Of a stretch of 64,000 nt of DNA, positions 58,647 to 64,000 are shown in pieces (the stretch's first letter is position 1; every line of letters starts with the position of its first letter). The translations under genes were made by a program, and so were the position numbers. Origin of the DNA: Synechococcus sp. (GTDB lineage: Bacteria > Cyanobacteriota > Cyanobacteriia > PCC-6307 > Cyanobiaceae). The stretch spans positions 952,203-1,016,202 of the forward strand of contig JBJBEO010000001.1 of NCBI GenBank assembly GCA_047284725.1. Direction: 5' to 3'. The notes under the pieces were generated by a model. That model saw only the letters and a program-made list of their open reading frames with translations. It searched no databases and was not told the DNA's origin.

Positions 58647-58777
58647 AGTGCTTTCGCTGGTTTGAGGACTCTATTCAGATTGCGTGAGTCGGCCGCAGGA
58701 CCAACTGCCCAGAGATTGGTTCAATCCAGCTCCTCCAGCCTTAACTTCTCGATGAAATGACCGAATGAGCCTTCGCG

Positions 58778-59476
58778 GTGACCTCGAGCCTGGCGACTCG
58801 CGAACAAGCTCTGGCCTCTGGGATCGACCCCTTCTTGGCACCGTTGGCCATGGTGGTGACCCAGGATTTGACCCTCAAGGGCTATTTCAGTCGGCGGATT
58901 GTCCAGGGCCTTGACCATCTCCCGAGGCAGGGACCTGTGCTGTTGGCGCCCACCCACCGGGCTCGGTGGGATGCGTTAATGCTGCCTTTCGCTGCGGGGC
59001 GTCGCATCACCGGACGTGATTGTCGTTTCATGGTGACCCGCACCGAGATGGTGGGACTGCAGGGGTGGTTCCTGCATCGATTGGGCTGCTTTGCCGTTGA
59101 CCAGGGGCGTCCATCGATGACCACCCTGCGCTTCGCCATTGATCTCTTGGCGGCAGGCGAGCAAGTGGTGGTGTTCCCTGAGGGCCGGATCAATCGCACC
59201 GACGATCCCATCCGATTGCAACAGGGGTTGGCACGGCTTGCGCAATTGGCGACACGCCAGGGGGTGCCAGTGCAGGTGGTTCCCGTTGGTCTGGCCTACA
59301 GCGAGGTGCGGCCGCGGCCTTGCGGTCGGGCTGCCGTCTGTTTTGGAGAGCCTCTCCGTGCTGATGGCCACGGTCGAGAAGCAACCCGCACGTTCAACCA
59401 ACACTTGGCTAGGCGCATGCGATCAGCTGAACAAGCGGCCCGTGAAGCGGTTGGTCGCCCCCTCCGTTCCCCCTAA
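58778..59476 (+). CDS. plsC: 1-acyl-sn-glycerol-3-phosphate acyltransferase
   Basis: THRARWD (HxxxxD), VFPEGR. Confidence 0.85.
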   Translation: MTSSLATREQALASGIDPFLAPLAMVVTQDLTLKGYFSRRIVQGLDHLPRQGPVLLAPTHRARWDALMLPFAAGRRITGRDCRFMVTRTEMVGLQGWFLHRLGCFAVDQGRPSMTTLRFAIDLLAAGEQVVVFPEGRINRTDDPIRLQQGLARLAQLATRQGVPVQVVPVGLAYSEVRPRPCGRAAVCFGEPLRADGHGREATRTFNQHLARRMRSAEQAAREAVGRPLRSP

Positions 59477-59503
59477 AGTCCCGCCAATCTCTGTGGTGTG
59501 TTC

Positions 59504-60046
59504 ATGCGTTCCCGCCTTTCGCTGACTGCCCTGACCCTGATGGCTGGCCTGGCGGTTGCTCCTGCAGCCTCCCTGGCTCAGGTCACCAATCAGGAGTCTG
59601 GTGATGTCACCAAGGTGCTCGCTTCCGGTGGTGCCGGATTCAACACAGTTGCTGTGGAGTCTTTGTTGAAACGGGGTGATGCGGCCGCGGCGGCCGGGAA
59701 TCTGGCTGAAGCACGCAAGCATTACGACGATGCCCGTTCGGCTTCGAAGCAACTTCTGAAGTTTTATCGAGACCTCAGTGGTGCGTTCCGTGGCCTTGAT
59801 GCCCGAATCCCCCGGGAAATGGATGCCAAGGGACGCTCAGCCCTCGCCCTGCTGGCTCAGGCCAACCTCCGACTTGCGGCCCTTTTTCGCCGTCAGAACC
59901 AGCCCGAAGTGGCCGTTCCTGTGCTTGTTGAGGTGGTCCGTCTGATGACCCCATCCCAGCCGGAGGGACAGAAGGCTTACCAGAGCCTCCTTGAGCTTGG
60001 TTTTGTGGAAACCCCGTTCGCTGGTGCCAAGGCTGGCACCAACTGA
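59504..60046 (+). CDS. Secreted TPR-like conserved hypothetical protein
   Basis: Signal peptide (ASLA); helical Ala-rich body; AYQSLLELGFV tail. Confidence 0.75.
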   Translation: MRSRLSLTALTLMAGLAVAPAASLAQVTNQESGDVTKVLASGGAGFNTVAVESLLKRGDAAAAAGNLAEARKHYDDARSASKQLLKFYRDLSGAFRGLDARIPREMDAKGRSALALLAQANLRLAALFRRQNQPEVAVPVLVEVVRLMTPSQPEGQKAYQSLLELGFVETPFAGAKAGTN

Positions 60047-60099
60047 ACCTGATGATCGACCATTGATCTGCCAGCATCCACACCAGCAACCCATTGAGC

Positions 60100-60333
60100 A
60101 TGGTTCAACCTGATGCAGTGGTGGCGGTCATCCGCCAGGCACTGCCCGACGCCACAGTTGACGTCGAAGACCTCACTGGAGGTGGTGATCATCTCCAGGT
60201 CACGGTTGTGTCGTCTGGGTTCAGTGGCTTATCCAAGATCAAGCAGCATCAGCTTGTCTACAGCGCTCTGAAGGATCAGCTCGCCAGTGAAGCCATTCAT
60301 GCCTTGGCTCTGAAGACCTCCACGCCTGCCTGA
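60100..60333 (+). CDS. bolA: BolA family protein
   Basis: [24 protein letters not shown]...IHALAL. Confidence 0.93.
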   Translation: MVQPDAVVAVIRQALPDATVDVEDLTGGGDHLQVTVVSSGFSGLSKIKQHQLVYSALKDQLASEAIHALALKTSTPA

Positions 60334-60362
60334 AACGACCCCATTTCTCCTGAATTAATTCG

Positions 60363-60686
60363 ATGGATAGCCAGACCAAAGCCCGCATTGAAGCGCTGAT
60401 TCAATCCAGCCCGATCTTCGTGTTCATGAAGGGCACCAAGTTGATGCCTCAGTGCGGCTTCTCTAACAACGTGGTGCAGATTCTCAATTCTCTTGGTCTG
60501 AGCTTTGAGACCTTTGACGTTCTCTCCGACATGGAGATCCGTCAGGGGATCAAGGAGTTTTCCGAGTGGCCCACCATTCCTCAGGTGTACGTCAAAGGGG
60601 AATTCATTGGTGGCTCCGACATCCTGATCGAGATGTACAACTCAGGAGAGCTCAAAGAGAAACTTGAAATCGCACTGGCTAGTTGA
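60363..60686 (+). CDS. grxD: Monothiol glutaredoxin (Grx4)
   Basis: FMKG...PQCGFS, WPTIPQVY, GGSDI. Confidence 0.96.
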   Translation: MDSQTKARIEALIQSSPIFVFMKGTKLMPQCGFSNNVVQILNSLGLSFETFDVLSDMEIRQGIKEFSEWPTIPQVYVKGEFIGGSDILIEMYNSGELKEKLEIALAS

Positions 60687-60793
60687 TTGAACTGATCTCC
60701 AAGTGGATCCCAAGGACTTCTTCGGAAGTCCTTGGGAGAGCCCAGCATTGCTGAGATTCAGAGGCGTGTGCAGGGAGAGTTCATCGACACAGT

Positions 60794-61063
60794 TCATCCC
60801 AGTTCCGGTTGTCGAAACAGGGTTCTCATATCGCCATCGGGGCCAATGAAGCTGGATGGATCGAGGATCCAACGGTCGATCAATGTCTCAAGCTTCGCCA
60901 GTTCTCTTGAGTCGAGACTTTCGCTGCGGCGAAGAGCGTGAAGATAGCCATCGGCGTAAAGCCGTAATTCAGAAGGGCTGTGATATCGATGCGTCAGTTC
61001 CTGGCAGGCATCACAGAGAGACTGAAAATGTCGGATCGCCTGTGGATGTTGCAGGGATGTCAT
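60794..61063 (-). CDS. Conserved cyanobacterial protein (DUF6761-like)
   Basis: IRHFQSLCDA...ELRLYADGYLHALR...DPSSF. Confidence 0.75.
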   Translation of the reverse strand: MTSLQHPQAIRHFQSLCDACQELTHRYHSPSELRLYADGYLHALRRSESLDSRELAKLETLIDRWILDPSSFIGPDGDMRTLFRQPELG

Positions 61064-61127
61064 GACCTGTGAGGACGGCAGCCTCCGCTACCAGTTTGCC
61101 ATTGAATTGGCCTAGCGTAGGCAAACG

Positions 61128-61904
61128 TTGGCGATTGATGTGACCTCCTCTTCCCGCGATCTCGGTTCCGCTGCTGTGGTGCAAGATCCGGCGCCAGCAT
61201 CGATTGCGCCTGGATCGCTCCCCAAGGAGCCCTCGCGGGTCTTGATTGTTGAGCCCCATCCCACCTTGCGCACGGTGTTGGTGCAACGCCTCCGGCAGGA
61301 CGGACATCTCACTGCTGCAGTCGGCTCAGCGGAGGACGCCCTGGAAGTCTGCCAGGATCAGTCCCCAGATCTGTTGGTCAGTGCAGAGCTTCTGGAACGC
61401 AGCTCAGCTTTACGACTCGCCCAGCATCTCCGTTGCCCTGTGATCGTGCTCACTGCTCGAACCGGTGCCGAGCCGGTGGTGGGGCTTCTTGATGAAGGTG
61501 CTGACGATGTGTTGCGCAAGCCTTTCGGGCTGGAGGAACTTGCCGCTCGTTGCCGCACCTTACTGAACCGCGGGCGGTCAGGACTGCAGGAACGTGTCAC
61601 GGTGGGCCCTCTGGAAGTGCATCTGCTGCTGAGACAGGTCACGCTTCGGGAGAAACCGGTGGAGCTCAGCCCAAGGGAATTCGCTCTCCTTTGTGCGTTG
61701 CTGATGCCGCCAGGAGTGGTGCGCAGCCGTCAGGATCTGCTGCGAATGGCGTGGCCACCATTCAGTGGTGGACCACGCTCTGTGGATACGCAGGTGCTCA
61801 CCTTGCGCCGCAAGCTTGAGCAGGCTGGGCTGGGTGATGGAGGTGGCATCACCACCGTGCGCCAACAGGGCTATCGCTTCAGCTTGGACCACCTGCCGGA
61901 CTAA
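61128..61904 (+). CDS. OmpR-family response regulator with atypical receiver domain
   Basis: GADDVLRKPFGLEELAAR; wHTH LSPREFALL...RSVDTQVLTLRRKLE...GYRF; lacks the phospho-Asp. Confidence 0.9.
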   Translation: MAIDVTSSSRDLGSAAVVQDPAPASIAPGSLPKEPSRVLIVEPHPTLRTVLVQRLRQDGHLTAAVGSAEDALEVCQDQSPDLLVSAELLERSSALRLAQHLRCPVIVLTARTGAEPVVGLLDEGADDVLRKPFGLEELAARCRTLLNRGRSGLQERVTVGPLEVHLLLRQVTLREKPVELSPREFALLCALLMPPGVVRSRQDLLRMAWPPFSGGPRSVDTQVLTLRRKLEQAGLGDGGGITTVRQQGYRFSLDHLPD

Positions 61905-62466
61905 CCAACCAACCTTCTGCAACGGCGATGGCCGTTGCCAGTTCCGCGGTGATCATCAGCACGGCAAGACCGGCCAGCAATCGATAGGTCCAGGCTGGCG
62001 TCAGCCTCCCAATCCGGGAGGTATCCACTCCACTGTGATAGTGGACCAATGCGAGAAAGTCCTGGAAACGCTCGAGCCGCTGGGGAAGCAGCCGGTGGCG
62101 TTGATCATGGGTTTTCAAGTAGTGAACCGTTCCTCCCTGACTGGTCCTCACTGGCACAAGCCCCCGGATTTCATGCCACTGCAGGATCCATCCACGTTGA
62201 AGGATCCAATTACACCAGGCTGGATAGCCCACCTGGATCCCGGTTTCGTTGACAAGCACCTGCTCTGACAGCAGGGCCGTAACCAGGACAAGGCCAAGAC
62301 CAGCTGCAACGACCAACCAGACCTGCAGGGATGTGGGAGCCAGGGCTGGAAGCGGCAGCACCAGAGCCAGGTAGACCGCCAACAAGGTGAAGCGAATCAG
62401 AGGAGACAGCAGGAAGCGTTCGCCTGGCATCTGTTCTGAAGCGGGCCTGTGTGCATCAGCGGTCAT
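61879..62466 (-). CDS. Conserved hypothetical membrane protein
   Basis: TM segments; LSPLIR.TL..VYLALVLPLP; TSQGGTVHY. Confidence 0.75.
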   Translation of the reverse strand: MTADAHRPASEQMPGERFLLSPLIRFTLLAVYLALVLPLPALAPTSLQVWLVVAAGLGLVLVTALLSEQVLVNETGIQVGYPAWCNWILQRGWILQWHEIRGLVPVRTSQGGTVHYLKTHDQRHRLLPQRLERFQDFLALVHYHSGVDTSRIGRLTPAWTYRLLAGLAVLMITAELATAIAVAEGWLVSPAGGPS

Positions 62467-62740
62467 CCGAGGAGCCTGGCAAGGGTTCGATCACGTCGCT
62501 GGGTTTGTACTGCCCACCAAAGACTTCCTTTTCGCGCCCTTTCCAGAACGCGCCAAGGCGCATCAGATCAGAATGGGCATCCTGAATCGAATGGAGGTAC
62601 TCCTCGGCAGTCATCGAGTCACGTTGTTCTTTGAGCTTTGCCAGCCGTAACAGCTGCAGCATCCATGGCTTGCTCAAATCGCCGCGGCTCTCGAGATAGC
62701 GCGCTAGATCGTCCGATCTGGGTTGTTTTGATCGCGTCAT
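62456..62740 (-). CDS. Conserved hypothetical protein
   Basis: SDDLARYLE..G..SKPWMLQLLRL...DLMRLGAFWKGREKEVF. Confidence 0.7.
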   Translation of the reverse strand: MTRSKQPRSDDLARYLESRGDLSKPWMLQLLRLAKLKEQRDSMTAEEYLHSIQDAHSDLMRLGAFWKGREKEVFGGQYKPSDVIEPLPGSSDDR

Positions 62741-62801
62741 AGCAACCCATACTTCCTGATAATTCTAAAAAGCCCGGACCTGCTTTCGCGCGGCCGTTTG
62801 T

Positions 62802-64000
62802 TCAGGCCGGTAGAGCCCAGGGATTGAGTCCAAGATCGGCGCCAATGCGGTGGCTGCAGGCATAACCACTGAAAGCCACGGCATTCAATCCCTGGCCCGG
62901 GAAGCATGAGTCGCCCACGCAGTACAGGTTCTCCAGGCCTGTGCGGTTGAACGGCATTGGAAGCAGTCCAGGAAGACGGCCCGCAGGGATCGGCCCATAG
63001 CTGCCCCCCATCCGGCCGAGGAAACGCCTGTGGGTACGAGGTGTTCCCACTTCCTTGACCTCGATGGCGGCTCCGAGTCCGGGAAGCAGTGCCTCAAGCC
63101 GCTGGATCAGTCGGTTGGCATCCGCTTGTTTCTTGAGGGCATACTGCTTCGGCCCTAACCCTCGCCAGTGCTTCATATCGCTCATGGTGAAGGTATGCAC
63201 GATGTGTCGGCCTTCCGGGGCCAAGGAGGGGTCGAGAAGGGTTGGGATCGACACAAAGATCACTCCTTGTTCGGCTTCCATCGCCTGCCAGTCCTCCAAA
63301 AGCAGGTGATGACAGTGAAGGCCGCTGGGAATGACCTCAGCCTTCACGCCTAGATGCAGGGAGAGAAAAGAACTGGAGGGTTGATAGCGGCGCCGCCAGG
63401 TGGCTTCAGCCGAAGGGGTGTTCTCAGCGTTAACCAGCGTTGAAGGGGGGGATCCTTCTCCAGCAAAGGTGTCCCAGCGGGTTGCATTGCTGACGATGCG
63501 ACGAGCTTTCAGGGTTTGTCCATCAGCCAGCTGAACCCCGACGGCTTTGCCGTTTTCCACCAGCACGTTGGTGACTCGGGCTCGATAACGGATCTCACCA
63601 CCATGGGCCTGGAGGCCGGCCACCAGTCTGCCGGCGATGACGCCCACGCCTCCTTTGGGGTAGTTGATGCCGCCGGCGTGCCGATCGGAAAACACCATGC
63701 CGGCATTGATCATCGGTGTGCGATCAGCTGGCATCACAGACCAGCAGAAGCATTCCATATCGATCAGTCGAAGCAGCTCCTGATCGCGGATGTGCTTGCG
63801 AGCCACATCGCCCACGTTGAAGGGAAGCCAGCGAGCCAGGCCCAGGCAGGCCAGTGGTGCTCGGACAAACACTTTGGCGAGATAAGCCGGGTCTTCGAGC
63901 GAGAGCAGGGGCATCGCATCGAGACAGCGGAACACCTGCCAGCACGTGTCGTAAAAAGCGCGGATTCCCTTGGCTTCATGGGGGAATCGGGCGCTCATGC
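62802..64000 (-). CDS. crtH: Carotenoid isomerase, C-terminal part (5' end outside window)
   Basis: PMINAGMVFSDRHAGGINYPKGG, SNATRWDTF, GTPRTHRRFL, VGDSCFPGQGLNAVAFSG. Confidence 0.93.
   Translation of the reverse strand, partial: MSARFPHEAKGIRAFYDTCWQVFRCLDAMPLLSLEDPAYLAKVFVRAPLACLGLARWLPFNVGDVARKHIRDQELLRLIDMECFCWSVMPADRTPMINAGMVFSDRHAGGINYPKGGVGVIAGRLVAGLQAHGGEIRYRARVTNVLVENGKAVGVQLADGQTLKARRIVSNATRWDTFAGEGSPPSTLVNAENTPSAEATWRRRYQPSSSFLSLHLGVKAEVIPSGLHCHHLLLEDWQAMEAEQGVIFVSIPTLLDPSLAPEGRHIVHTFTMSDMKHWRGLGPKQYALKKQADANRLIQRLEALLPGLGAAIEVKEVGTPRTHRRFLGRMGGSYGPIPAGRLPGLLPMPFNRTGLENLYCVGDSCFPGQGLNAVAFSGYACSHRIGADLGLNPWALPA

Noticed and set aside
60100..60686. bolA-grxD pair
   Set aside because: Established, widespread Fe-S trafficking gene pair.

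Overview
High-GC, gene-dense chromosomal segment of a picocyanobacterium. Gene content and protein style best fit marine Synechococcus (inferred, not searched). It is almost all core genome: zwf (partial), petH, tRNA-Glu, sasA, pepN, cyAbrB, prs, bciB-like, malQ, phoR-phoB, clpC, lysA-cdaA-uppS-bioB-trhO, lipA, recR, psbP, rbp, deaD, recD-recB-recC, ycf54, pdxJ, plsC, bolA-grxD and crtH (partial). I saw no transposase, integrase, prophage or CRISPR array, and no clear-cut new multi-gene system. The best leads are regulatory. (1) A compositionally odd group-2 sigma factor with a divergent region 4.2 sits head-to-head with phoBR. It has a dyad-rich shared promoter and a 3' hairpin whose whole loop is complementary to a site about 100 nt downstream. 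(2) The 450-bp pepN-abrB spacer holds co-oriented DnaA-box-like 9-mers, an orphan minus-strand terminator, a 20-bp tandem repeat and a perfect operator-like palindrome. (3) Several protein-level oddities: a GST-DUF952 fusion, an ApaH-like phosphoesterase coupled to recCBD, a probable CTG start for recR, an Asp-less OmpR-type regulator and a CpcS-like orphan. All product calls come from motif recognition by eye; no database search was run.
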